The position numbers and the translations under genes were made by a program. The notes below the pieces were generated by a model. The model was not told where the DNA came from. It saw only the letters and a list, made by a program, of their open reading frames with translations, and ran no database searches. A stretch of DNA of 64,000 bases, from assembly GCA_963850905.1 (NCBI GenBank), contig CAWKMU010000003.1:1568001-1632000 (forward strand), read 5' to 3'. This stretch comes from an uncultured Gemmatimonadales bacterium (lineage in GTDB: Bacteria > Gemmatimonadota > Gemmatimonadetes > Gemmatimonadales > Gemmatimonadaceae). Positions 19,911 through 29,067 of the stretch are shown one piece after another. Position 1 is the first letter of the stretch. Each line of letters opens with the position of its first letter.

Positions 19911-21900
19911 GTGGCATCGTCACTCGCAGAACGGCGAGCCGTGCCAGCAACGCCAAGTGGCCAAGAATGGTCCGAAATACCTTCATCTTCGACCGGCCGA
20001 TCATACGGACTTCGAGTGTCGTGGGAAACTCGACGATCCTCGACCCGTGCAAATCGAGCCAGCCAAGCATTTCCGCTACGCCGAGGAATCCCGTGTGCTC
20101 GACGCGCACCGCGGCTGCGGCCGAACGTCGGTACACGCGGAAGCAGCTCGTGTAGGTCGCAAGCTTTTGGTGCAGCACCATGCGGTAGAGGTGCGACAGC
20201 GATTTCGACAACCCCAGCCTCCATCGGGGCACATTCCGGACGAGACCGTGCAGATGGTATGGCGACGCCGTGACGAGGTCTACGCCAGGTGCCAGCAGCG
20301 GAATCATGCGCGCGAGCTCGTGCGGATCGTAGGTGCAGTCACAATCCATCGAGCACACGATGTCGGTGGTCGCTCGCTGAATCCCCGTGAGGATTCCCGC
20401 TGCGACGCCGCAATTGACGGCGTGCCGAACGAATACGGAATTCGGTCGATCGCCAAAGACGCGGTGCAGCGCATCCCACGTGCCGTCGGTGCTGTGATCG
20501 TCGACGAAAATGAACGTGAAGTTGTATTCGGTCAGCTCGTTCTCGACGCTCGTCAGGGTGTTGGCGAGGTAGGGAAGGATCAGCTCCTCGTTGTAACACG
20601 GAATGACGACCGTCACCGACGTCGGCGTCGCGACGGCGATGACCGAGTCAGCGTCCACGGCCTCATCGCCGACCGCACTCTCGCCGGCCGGCAGCATCCC
20701 GGCGACGGAAAACGCCGGAAGCTCTGGCGGGGTCGGCGATACGATGGCGATGTCTGGGTTCTGCGGCACGATGTTGACGACGCCACCCGAGATTCGCCGC
20801 CGGCCCCGGACTTCCTCGGGGCGGAGGCTCTCCTGCTCCAAGCCGAGATAGGCGGCGGCGCTCGTGAACTCGTAGCGCTCCAGGAAATACCGCAGGTAGT
20901 CCGCCATCCGGTCGAGATTGCGGTATTGGCGCACGCGCGACACGAACGGCGCGGAGTTGATCTTGGGCTGGTCCGGGTCGAGCTCCCAGGTGTGGAAGTA
21001 CATGATGTAGGGCGCGGAGTACGTCCGCGTCCAATGCGCCACGGCCCGTCGCACGAAGCCGTGCGGCAGCTGGCGGAAGTAGTTCCCCCCGGCAATCGGG
21101 ACCAGCATGCCAAAGATGTCCGCGGTCGAGATCGGGAGCTCCCAGAGCGTCCGCTCGCCGTATCGGTGCAAATGCGCAAAGCGCCGCCACGGCTGCGAGC
21201 TGTAGGTCCGGAGAATGGGGCCGATGCTCGAGTCGTACTCGTACCCTTCCTCGGCCAGAACGTCGAGAGCCCATAGATCATGGGGTTGGAACCAGGCGTC
21301 GGCGACTCGATACCCGAGGATCCGGTGACCGCCCGCCCGCTCGAGCGCCTCACGAGCACGCGTCAGGTCGTCGCGGAATTCGGCCGGCGTGAGCTGACCG
21401 ATGTTGCGGTGATAGTACCCTTTGCTCGCGACCTCGTGACCACGCGCCGTGACGAGGCGAACGAGCTCGGGCATCGTATCCGCGACCCAACCAAGCACGA
21501 AGAAAGTGGCGCGTGCCTGGAACTGGTCGAGCAGGTCGAGCGCGCGCATCGTGCTGCCTTCGATACGGCGCTCGAACCGGTACCACTGGCCGCGCTGGAT
21601 GAGGTGATTGAAGGCGCCGACCTGGTAATAGTCCTCGAGGGCGATCGTCAGGATGTGAGGCCCGGTCGCGGACACTTCGGCGCCAAGACTCGTGCGCCGT
21701 GTCGGCACGAGTCCCAGCCCGGGGGAGGAGACCGGCACCGTCGCCGAGGGCGAGGAGGTCGGGGAGATCGCGGCACCGGGCATTGGTTCGGCGGATCGCA
21801 ATTCCCGGACGACCTGAGAGTCAGAGATCGCGGCCAGCGCTGCGGCGGGCCAATGTGACAGCCGTTTCACGCTGGCAACTCCTCGCAAGCCGACGGCCAT
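19900..21900 (-). CDS. DUF3473/XrtA-type polysaccharide deacetylase fused to a DPM1-like GT2
   Basis: N-half TIALEDYY, ATFFVLGW, GGNYFR, YFHTWELDPDQP; C-half VVIPCYNEE, VDDHSTDGT, MDCDCTY, GRSKM; start uncertain. Confidence 0.85.
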   Translation of the reverse strand: MAVGLRGVASVKRLSHWPAAALAAISDSQVVRELRSAEPMPGAAISPTSSPSATVPVSSPGLGLVPTRRTSLGAEVSATGPHILTIALEDYYQVGAFNHLIQRGQWYRFERRIEGSTMRALDLLDQFQARATFFVLGWVADTMPELVRLVTARGHEVASKGYYHRNIGQLTPAEFRDDLTRAREALERAGGHRILGYRVADAWFQPHDLWALDVLAEEGYEYDSSIGPILRTYSSQPWRRFAHLHRYGERTLWELPISTADIFGMLVPIAGGNYFRQLPHGFVRRAVAHWTRTYSAPYIMYFHTWELDPDQPKINSAPFVSRVRQYRNLDRMADYLRYFLERYEFTSAAAYLGLEQESLRPEEVRGRRRISGGVVNIVPQNPDIAIVSPTPPELPAFSVAGMLPAGESAVGDEAVDADSVIAVATPTSVTVVIPCYNEELILPYLANTLTSVENELTEYNFTFIFVDDHSTDGTWDALHRVFGDRPNSVFVRHAVNCGVAAGILTGIQRATTDIVCSMDCDCTYDPHELARMIPLLAPGVDLVTASPYHLHGLVRNVPRWRLGLSKSLSHLYRMVLHQKLATYTSCFRVYRRSAAAAVRVEHTGFLGVAEMLGWLDLHGSRIVEFPTTLEVRMIGRSKMKVFRTILGHLALLARLAVLRVTMPRVR

Positions 21901-22047
21901 CGGCGCGTGGCCAGGGCTGACGGGGCTGGCTCGGATACACGAGCGCTAACACGCAGAATGACAATCATTTACACACTTCCGCCACCCCAACGCCCGATGG
22001 TGATTCCCGACACCAAGTGGTGTGGAACCCGCGGGTGTCCCACACGG

Positions 22048-22065
22048 TGTCGCATATTGGCAACA
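22048..22065. promoter_or_regulatory. palindromic TGT-N12-ACA site (TGTCGCATATTGGCAACA), candidate activator binding site
   Basis: Close match to the 31720-31737 palindrome; lies in a divergent intergenic region of the EPS locus. Confidence 0.5.
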
Positions 22066-22181
22066 CTTAGTCGACAGGACAGGTGCACAAGCTCTCAAGT
22101 CCGTATCCGCCGATGCGCGACTGCCGCTCGTCTGCCACGTGACGTGCAGCACACAAGGTATCGGCAGGCACTGGTCCGCGC

Positions 22182-23474
22182 GTGTTGACGCTGCTAGAGT
22201 CACATCTCGTGCCGCGTGGTGCTGGAGGAGCGCTGGACGGTCCGCTGTCAGTGCTGCACGTGCTGGCGCCGGCGCCGGCAGGAGGGCTCGAGCGGGTGGT
22301 GCGTACGCTCGCGCGCGCCCAAGCCGCGCGTGGCTACGGGGTCACGGTCGCGGCCGTCTTGACGGCTCCTGTCGTCGGGGCAAGTCGCGCGGCGCGGGCC
22401 GACACGAACGAAGCGGTGCTCGCATCGCTAGGGTGTGACGGAGCGACCGTCGTCCCGGTGATCGTGTCCGGACGTGGTTACAGGGAGGAGCGGCGGCAGG
22501 TTGCCGCCCTTGCGCAACGGCACGACGTGCGAGTCGCGCACACCCATGGCTACCGCCCCGATGTGGTCGATGCCGGTGCGTTGCGAGCACTCGGCCTGCC
22601 AGTGGTCTCCACCGTCCACGGCTTCACTGGCGGAGATTGGCGCAATCGCTTGTACCAACGCTTGCAGCGTTGGTCGTTCCGTCGTTTCGACGCCGTCGTC
22701 GCGGTCTCAGAACCGATGGTGAACGGGCTCGTCGCGTCGGGCGTGCCGGCCGCGCGCATCCGCGTTATTCCGAATGGGTACGCTCCGACGGCGCCGATCG
22801 TGTCGCGGAAGGCCGCCCGCGAATCGCTTGGCCTCCCGGCCGACGCGTACATCGTCGGCTGGGTAGGGCGCCTCTCCCACGAGAAAGGTCTTGATGTCCT
22901 GCTCGACGCGCTGGCACTGCTGCGCGATCGACCGATCGTGCTGGCGGTGGTTGGGGATGGCCGTGAACGCGCCCGGCTGCAGGCACGAGCCGCCGCGCTT
23001 CGGATCGCGCCGGCGATCCGATGGATCGGACTCGTACCGGATGCGGCGCCGCTGTACCGCGCGTTCGACGTGTTCGCGCTGAGCTCGCGGACAGAAGGGA
23101 CGCCGATCGCCCTCTTCGAGGCGATGGATGCCCTGGTGCCGGCGGTGGCGACCGCCGTGGGTGGCGTGCCGGCCGTCGTGTCATCCGCGGAGGCGCTGCT
23201 CGTGCCGCCCGACCAACCAGCGCAACTGGCGGAGGCGCTGCACACCGTGCTTGCAGATCCGGCTGCAGCGCGCACGCGCGCGTCGGCGGCGCGCGAGCGA
23301 CTCGTGAGGACGTACGGAGTCCACACATGGACCCAGCGATATGAGGACGTCTATCGGGAAGTGCTGGAACGGCGGGATCAGAGGTCAGGGGTAAGGGGTC
23401 AGGGAACGACCGAACGACCGAGGTCGGAGCCGACCGACACGGCGGTCCGAGGACGCAAGGATGTCGTCGCATGA
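22182..23474 (+). CDS. glycosyltransferase family 4
   Basis: GGLERVV, TVHG, VGRLSHEKG, SSRTEGTPIALFEAM. Confidence 0.9.
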   Translation: MLTLLESHLVPRGAGGALDGPLSVLHVLAPAPAGGLERVVRTLARAQAARGYGVTVAAVLTAPVVGASRAARADTNEAVLASLGCDGATVVPVIVSGRGYREERRQVAALAQRHDVRVAHTHGYRPDVVDAGALRALGLPVVSTVHGFTGGDWRNRLYQRLQRWSFRRFDAVVAVSEPMVNGLVASGVPAARIRVIPNGYAPTAPIVSRKAARESLGLPADAYIVGWVGRLSHEKGLDVLLDALALLRDRPIVLAVVGDGRERARLQARAAALRIAPAIRWIGLVPDAAPLYRAFDVFALSSRTEGTPIALFEAMDALVPAVATAVGGVPAVVSSAEALLVPPDQPAQLAEALHTVLADPAAARTRASAARERLVRTYGVHTWTQRYEDVYREVLERRDQRSGVRGQGTTERPRSEPTDTAVRGRKDVVA

Positions 23475-24664
23475 TGAGTGTACGGGAGGCTGTGGGGCTG
23501 GTAATGGTGGCGACACCGATCGGGCTCCTGCTGTACGCCTACGTCGGGTATCCAGCGCTGTTGGCCGTGGTCGGCGCCATGCGCCGCGCACCGCCCAGAC
23601 CGAGTGAGCCGGCCGAGTGGCCCCACATCACGATCACGGTGCCAGCGTTCAACGAAGCCGGATCGATCGCGGCCACGATCGACCGGCTGCTCGCAACGGA
23701 CTATCCGGCGGATCGCCGCCACGTCCTCATCGTCTCGGATGCGTCGACAGACGGTACCGACGACATCGTGCGCACGTATGCGGGCCGTGGTGTCGAGCTG
23801 CTGCGACTGCACGTGCGAGGCGGCAAGACGGCGGCCGAGAACGCAGCCGCACGGGCGGTGCAGTCCGAGATCATCGTCAACACCGACGCGTCCGTACAGG
23901 TGCACCCGGCCGCCCTCAAGCCCCTGGTGCGTGCGCTCGAGGATCGGACCGTTGGAGTCGCATCCGGTCGCGACGTCAGCGCGGGCAATGTGGCGGTCGA
24001 AGGGAACGCCGGGGAGTCAGGGTATGTCGGGTACGAAATGCGTGTGCGTGCCCTGGAGACGCGGATCGGGTCCATCATCGGGGCGAGCGGCTGCTTCTAC
24101 GCCTTTCGTCGCTCGGTGTATGACGCGCAGTTCCCGCCGGAGCTGAGCCGCGACTTCGCGAGCGTGTTGATTGCGCGGGAGCAGGGGTACCGCGCGGTTT
24201 CGGTTGACGATGCCGTGTGCGTGGTGCCGCGTACGGTGTCACTCGACGCAGAATACCGCCGCAAGGTGCGCACGATGGCCCGCGGACTGGCGACGCTCTG
24301 GTACAAGCGGTCACTCCTCAACCCCTTTCGGTACGGCATGTTTGCCGTGATGCTGGCGAGCCACAAGCTCGTGCGGTGGCTCGTCTACGCCGCCCTGCCG
24401 TTCGGCGTCCTGGGTCTGCTACTTCTCGCACCCGACCAACCCGCCGCGATCGCCGCGCTGGCGGGCGCCACGGTCGGTGCGGTCCTTGGCGTGATCGGGC
24501 TCCGCTGGCCACCCCCCAGCGCACCCCCACGGGTCCTCGCACTCGCCGCGTTTGTCTGGGCGAGCGCCCTCGCCGGTGTCGTCGCCTGGCGCGATGCCTT
24601 GGCCGGCCGCCGGCGTGCCGTGTGGGAGCCGACGCGTCGGCCGGGTCCAGCGTCCAGCGTCTAG
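23471..24664 (+). CDS. glycosyltransferase family 2 (membrane-anchored, IcaA/CesA-like subfamily)
   Basis: N-terminal TM YAYVGYP, VPAFNE, SDASTDGT, TDA, RRKVR, SHKLVRW. Confidence 0.9.
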   Translation: MMSVREAVGLVMVATPIGLLLYAYVGYPALLAVVGAMRRAPPRPSEPAEWPHITITVPAFNEAGSIAATIDRLLATDYPADRRHVLIVSDASTDGTDDIVRTYAGRGVELLRLHVRGGKTAAENAAARAVQSEIIVNTDASVQVHPAALKPLVRALEDRTVGVASGRDVSAGNVAVEGNAGESGYVGYEMRVRALETRIGSIIGASGCFYAFRRSVYDAQFPPELSRDFASVLIAREQGYRAVSVDDAVCVVPRTVSLDAEYRRKVRTMARGLATLWYKRSLLNPFRYGMFAVMLASHKLVRWLVYAALPFGVLGLLLLAPDQPAAIAALAGATVGAVLGVIGLRWPPPSAPPRVLALAAFVWASALAGVVAWRDALAGRRRAVWEPTRRPGPASSV

Positions 24665-25554
24665 CCCTTCAGCCTCCACACACACACCGCGGCCCAGGCC
24701 GCGACCGTCAAGATCAGAGTGGGGTCGCCCCAGACGACCTCCGTCGGCGTCTCGCCTTTGCCGCCCGATTCGACGAGATACCAGTATCTGAAGAGGCCGA
24801 AGAGCACGAACGGCATGGTGACGTTGAGGCGTGGCCGGATCGTCACGACAAACAGACCATAGAACACGATCGCGCTCAACGCCGCGGTCTCGGCGTATCG
24901 GTCGAGGAGTGGCAGGGTGTAGAACTGCAGCACGGACCGAGTTGTCGCGCCGCTCGTGGCGAGCTCCTGGTGCCGTTTGATCACGGCGAGATACAGTGCG
25001 AGTGAGAGCGTCGTGATCAGCATCCATGATGAGACCGGGACGTCGATGGCAGCCGCGCCGGCGTAGACGCGAAATACGAAGCCCGCCGCGAGCGTGAAGA
25101 TGTCCACGACCGGTATCCGCTTCAGTCGGAGCGAATAGGCGATGTTGAGGGCGACGTAGCCCGTCGCGACGAGAGCCGTCGGCACGTTCCACGCGAATGC
25201 CGCGAGCACCAGCAACAAGAGCACGGCCAGCAGCGCCCGGGCTTGTGCCATCGACAGATCGCCCGACGCGAGCGGTCGTGTCCGAGACTTGACGGGGTGC
25301 CGTGCATCGGCCGGGGCGTCGATGATGTCGTTGAACACGTAGGCCGCGGACGCGGCAACGCAAAACAGCGCCGCGGCGAGCAGTGCGTTGCGCACTGCCG
25401 CGGGCTTCGTGAAGGACCCCGAGAAGATGAGCGGCGCCAGGACGAACGCGTTCTTGACCCACTGGCGGGGCCGCAGCAGACGGAGGGTCGCGCGCGCCGA
25501 GGCGCTTCGCGCCGCCCGTTGCAGCTTCGGGGGCGACGCGGGGACAGTCGTCAT
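24661..25554 (-). CDS. UbiA-family polyprenyl-phosphate phosphoribosyltransferase (DPPR synthase-like)
   Basis: LRPRQWVKN, YVFNDIIDAPADARHPVKSRTRPLASG, YSLRLKRIPVVD, KRHQE, FGLFRY signature of the decaprenyl-phosphate phosphoribosyltransferase subfamily. Confidence 0.85.
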   Translation of the reverse strand: MTTVPASPPKLQRAARSASARATLRLLRPRQWVKNAFVLAPLIFSGSFTKPAAVRNALLAAALFCVAASAAYVFNDIIDAPADARHPVKSRTRPLASGDLSMAQARALLAVLLLLVLAAFAWNVPTALVATGYVALNIAYSLRLKRIPVVDIFTLAAGFVFRVYAGAAAIDVPVSSWMLITTLSLALYLAVIKRHQELATSGATTRSVLQFYTLPLLDRYAETAALSAIVFYGLFVVTIRPRLNVTMPFVLFGLFRYWYLVESGGKGETPTEVVWGDPTLILTVAAWAAVCVWRLKG

Positions 25555-25562
25555 GTCCCTAC

Positions 25563-26447
25563 CTACCACCCTCCGCGCTTGAACAGCATCACAGGCACAG
25601 TCTTCAACATAATACGAACATCTTCCGCGACGCTTTGTCGCCGCAGGTACTCGAGGTCGTAGCGGATCTTCTGCCGGACATCATCCAGGCTCTGATCGTA
25701 TGCGTGGTTGATCTGAGCGAGGCCGGTGATGCCGGGCTTGGCGCGATGGCGAAGACCGTACTCGGAGATATCCTTCCGGAGTTGCGCCACGATGGTCGGG
25801 CGCTCGGGTCGGGGGCCGACGATGTTCATGTCGCCCTTGAGCACGTTGAACAGCTGCGGTAGCTCGTCCAGCCGCGTCTTGCGCAAGAAACGCCCGACGG
25901 GCGTGGCGCGCGGGTCATCCGGCTTGGCCCACACGACCCCCGAAACGCGCTCTGCGTCCACGTTCATCGAGCGGAACTTGTAGATGGTGAAGACCGATCC
26001 GCCGGCGTCTCGAGCGCGGCGATCGTACAGCGCCAACGCACGCCGCGATCGGCGGTCGATGCCGACACGCGTCTGGGTGTAGAGGATCGGGCCCGGCGAG
26101 GTGAGGCGCACCAAGAGAGCCACGATCACGAAAACCGGTGCCAGCACAATGATCGCGACGACCGCGATCATGACATTGACGATGCGGTTCGCGACCGCCG
26201 AACGGGACCGGGGGACGACGCGGCTGATCGCGCCTGACGTCCGACTGGGGACCAAGCCATCGGCGTTGCGAAGCACTGGTATCGGCCGTTCGTCGTCCCC
26301 CAGCGCGCGGGCCACGCCGCCCGATGTCCGGCGAATGCGCAACTCGCCAGAGATGCGGGCCTGGGCAGTCGCCGCTGGTTTGGCCTCGCCCCGAATTGCT
26401 CCGATGGCCGACAGGTGGAAATCGCCGGGCGGCATCGATTGGTCCAT
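25563..26447 (-). CDS. priming sugar transferase (Bac_transf, undecaprenyl-phosphate phosphoglycosyltransferase)
   Basis: YKFRSM, DDPRATPVGRFLRKTRLDELPQLFNVLKGDMNIVGPRPE, KPGITGLAQ. Confidence 0.95.
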   Translation of the reverse strand: MDQSMPPGDFHLSAIGAIRGEAKPAATAQARISGELRIRRTSGGVARALGDDERPIPVLRNADGLVPSRTSGAISRVVPRSRSAVANRIVNVMIAVVAIIVLAPVFVIVALLVRLTSPGPILYTQTRVGIDRRSRRALALYDRRARDAGGSVFTIYKFRSMNVDAERVSGVVWAKPDDPRATPVGRFLRKTRLDELPQLFNVLKGDMNIVGPRPERPTIVAQLRKDISEYGLRHRAKPGITGLAQINHAYDQSLDDVRQKIRYDLEYLRRQSVAEDVRIMLKTVPVMLFKRGGW

Positions 26448-26469
26448 GTTCCCCAGAGGTTCAGTCACG

Positions 26470-27243
26470 CTAGCGCGTCGCGATAATGGCAATGCTTGTC
26501 GCGATTCCCGCGACCGCAACAGCGATGCCGAGGTACCGGAGGAGATTGCCGCCCGGAGGACTCGCGGCCACCACGATCTCGTCACCCGGTCGCAGCGCGA
26601 GCTGGTCGACCGTTTCGCCGTTGGCCATAGCGGTTTGCAGCGTCTTGGCCGTGTAGACCGTTTGACCGCCGCGCTTAACTACGGTCTTCCCAAGATCCGA
26701 GCTATTGGTCAGCCCGCCAGCATGCATCAGCAGGCTGGTCGCCAGCTCGTCGGCAGCCACCGAGTAGTAGCCCGGCCGCGGCACCTGGCCCAAGACGGCA
26801 ATGCGGACCAGCGGAGTCGCGTGGACCACCGGATCCTTGATGTAGCGCGCCAAGTCGCGTGTGAGCGTGTCCTTCAGCTCCGCGTGAAGCACGCCGTGCA
26901 AGGTGACGTCCGGGATATTGGGCAGCCGGAGGACCTGACCCTCGCGCACGGTGAACGTGTCGGTCAGGGCGGGCTCGCCGCCGCCGGCGTCGGTCACGGC
27001 CAGGGCGATGCGGTCACCGACCTGGAAGTCACCGTTGGCAAGGCGTTCCTGCGCGGTCACAGCGGCCGGTCCGGACCCCGACGCGGCTTGCTGCAAGCTC
27101 GCTCGCGTCGAGAACGCACCGGTGCTGAGCGCGTCGGGTTGGTACGCTACACGCGCCGTGTCACCAGGTTGCTGGGCAGCACCTGCCACGGGCACGGCCG
27201 CGAGACCGCAGGCGATGCCAAGGAGCAGGCGGACGATCGTCAT
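26470..27243 (-). CDS. Wza-like polysaccharide export protein (Poly_export + SLBB)
   Basis: Signal peptide, FQVGDRI, VLGQVPRPGYY, AGGL, LRPGDEIVV, C-terminal helix. Confidence 0.8.
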   Translation of the reverse strand: MTIVRLLLGIACGLAAVPVAGAAQQPGDTARVAYQPDALSTGAFSTRASLQQAASGSGPAAVTAQERLANGDFQVGDRIALAVTDAGGGEPALTDTFTVREGQVLRLPNIPDVTLHGVLHAELKDTLTRDLARYIKDPVVHATPLVRIAVLGQVPRPGYYSVAADELATSLLMHAGGLTNSSDLGKTVVKRGGQTVYTAKTLQTAMANGETVDQLALRPGDEIVVAASPPGGNLLRYLGIAVAVAGIATSIAIIATR

Positions 27244-27491
27244 GAGAGCGGTGTGGCAACGACCGACACGGCCTGAGAGCATGGCCGGTGTCGACGTGAT
27301 CCGGGTCACGTAATGCATTGAGCGCAATGGCGAAGCACCTGATTTTGAGACAGACCCAACGAGCAATGCCCCGCTGACACGCAGCACCCGTGCTTGGACT
27401 CGCAACGATCGGGTGAAGGTCCTAACCCGTTGTCGCGATGCTCGTTGTGCGTTTTGCCCCTTCGTCGACCGTGCGATCTGCGCGATCTATG

Positions 27492-27509
27492 TGTTGAGAA
27501 CAGACCACA
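27492..27509. promoter_or_regulatory. TGT-N12-ACA site in the divergent region between the wza-like and REC-GGDEF genes
   Basis: TGTTGAGAACAGACCACA; same spacing as the 22048 and 31720 sites but a weaker interior match. Confidence 0.3.
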
Positions 27510-27575
27510 CGAGTGTGGCGAGCCACGAGGCGACTAGGACGAAAGGCAAAAGGTGGCGCCGTGCAACGAAGGACC

Positions 27576-27591
27576 TGTGATGCACGTCACC
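27576..27591. promoter_or_regulatory. CRP/FNR-family-like site TGTGA-N6-TCACC
   Basis: 9/10 match to TGTGA-N6-TCACA; weaker second copy at 27714-27729. Confidence 0.4.
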
Positions 27592-27860
27592 CCTTGCCAG
27601 ACAGGTGAAACCGCCGCGCACCCGCCTCGACGATTTGAAGGATTTCGATTCCGCGGGGGTTCGCTTCTTGTAGTTCCTGACGTGCGACCGGTGACCTCCG
27701 ACCGCTAATCATTTGTGTCAGTCATCACCATCAATGCTGTTGTGCAGGTGCTGCATAGTTTCGTTACGGTTGAGTGCGCTAGAGAGACAGAAGTCCTTTA
27801 TTCTCAAGGAGTTCAGAGATCGTTAAAGCCCTGCACGAGTCGTGCATACGCGAGCGCGCC

Positions 27861-28922
27861 ATGACTGATCCCGCTGGCCACGCGCGCGCTCGTGCGGCGC
27901 GACCACTTCTCGTGCTCATCGCGAACGACCAGGAATGGTCGGCTCGTTCGCTCGAGACGATCCTCGGACCGCGTGGCTACGCGGTGCTCCGTAGCTACAA
28001 CGCGCGCCAAACGCTGGATCTCGCGCGACGCGTCCGGCCGGATGTCGTCATTCTCGACATCCGCTTCGCGGATGGCGACGGACGGGATGTCTGCCGCACG
28101 CTGCGAGAGCCGGGCTATCTGGGATCGGCGACGCCGATCCTCATGACATCGTCAGACCCGGGGCATCGCGGAGAACAGGTGGCGGCCTATGCGGCCGGTG
28201 CATGGGACTACGTGCTCTTGCCGCTGGACGGGGAAGTGTTGCTGCACAAGCTGGACACCTTCGCGGCAGCGAAACGCGAGGCGGATCGCCTCCGCGAGGA
28301 GGGGCTGCTCGATCCGGCGACTGGGCTGTACAACGCCCGTGGTCTGGCGAGGCGGGCCCGTGAGATCGGAGCCGAAGCGTCGCGCAGACGCGACCCACTC
28401 GCCTGTGTCGCCCTCATACCGGCCCCGGGAGACGGGACCGAATTCGATGATTCGACCGCCGATGATGTCGTGAGCCGCGTCGCTGAGAAGCTGGGAGGCG
28501 TGCTCCGTCGCACCGGCCGGACGTCCGATGCTGTCGGCCGCCTGGGTCGAACGGAATTCGCCATTATCGCGCCAGCGACCGAGGCTGCCGGGGCGCAGCG
28601 GCTCGCGGAACGTGTGCAGGCCGCCGTAGAAGCCGAGCGCATCCCCGTCACCAGTGGCACGCTCGTCGGCACCGGGGCTGCGTCGCACGCCCTCGGCAAT
28701 GGGTCCCACGACAAGCTGTCGCCAGGTGACGCCGACGGCTCGGATACCGGGTACGTCCGGGTGCGCGTCGTGTATTACGCCGTACCCGACTTCGCCGACT
28801 CACCCGTCGACGCGGTGGAGATGCTGGTGCGCGCTGCGACCGCTTTGCGCCAATCCCTCCCGGGTGGCGACGCCTCGGTGATCCAGGAGTTCAGTGAGGC
28901 CGAGAGAGCCAGCGCGAAATAG
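27861..28922 (+). CDS. response regulator receiver + degenerate GGDEF domain protein
   Basis: REC (VVILDI, AGAWDY); DPATGLYN; signature is RLGRTEF instead of GG(D/E)EF. Confidence 0.85.
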   Translation: MTDPAGHARARAARPLLVLIANDQEWSARSLETILGPRGYAVLRSYNARQTLDLARRVRPDVVILDIRFADGDGRDVCRTLREPGYLGSATPILMTSSDPGHRGEQVAAYAAGAWDYVLLPLDGEVLLHKLDTFAAAKREADRLREEGLLDPATGLYNARGLARRAREIGAEASRRRDPLACVALIPAPGDGTEFDDSTADDVVSRVAEKLGGVLRRTGRTSDAVGRLGRTEFAIIAPATEAAGAQRLAERVQAAVEAERIPVTSGTLVGTGAASHALGNGSHDKLSPGDADGSDTGYVRVRVVYYAVPDFADSPVDAVEMLVRAATALRQSLPGGDASVIQEFSEAERASAK

Positions 28923-29058
28923 GGGCAAGGGGTTTGGGGTCTGGGGTTTGGGGTAAATGCGACAGACGCGTAGGGCCAGTCACGGTGCATAGCGACTGGC
29001 CCTCGCGCTTTGTTGTGTTGCCCCAAACCCCAGACCCCAAACCCCAAACCCCAGACCC
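28922..29058. repeat. inverted GGGGTYT/CCCCARA heptamer arrays bracketing a GTAG-hairpin
   Basis: GGGGCAA GGGGTTT GGGGTCT GGGGTTT GGGGTAA, then GTAGGGCCAGTC..GACTGGCCCT, then (CCCCARA)x5, between convergent genes. Confidence 0.85.
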
Positions 29059-29067
29059 GCCGTTGCC

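Noticed and set aside
27378..27846. sigma54 -24/-12 promoters in EPS intergenic regions (AAGCAC-N5-CTGC, CTGCAC-N5-GTGC)
   Set aside because: They lack the invariant GG at -24; the 27832-27846 element is better described as a palindrome of unknown role
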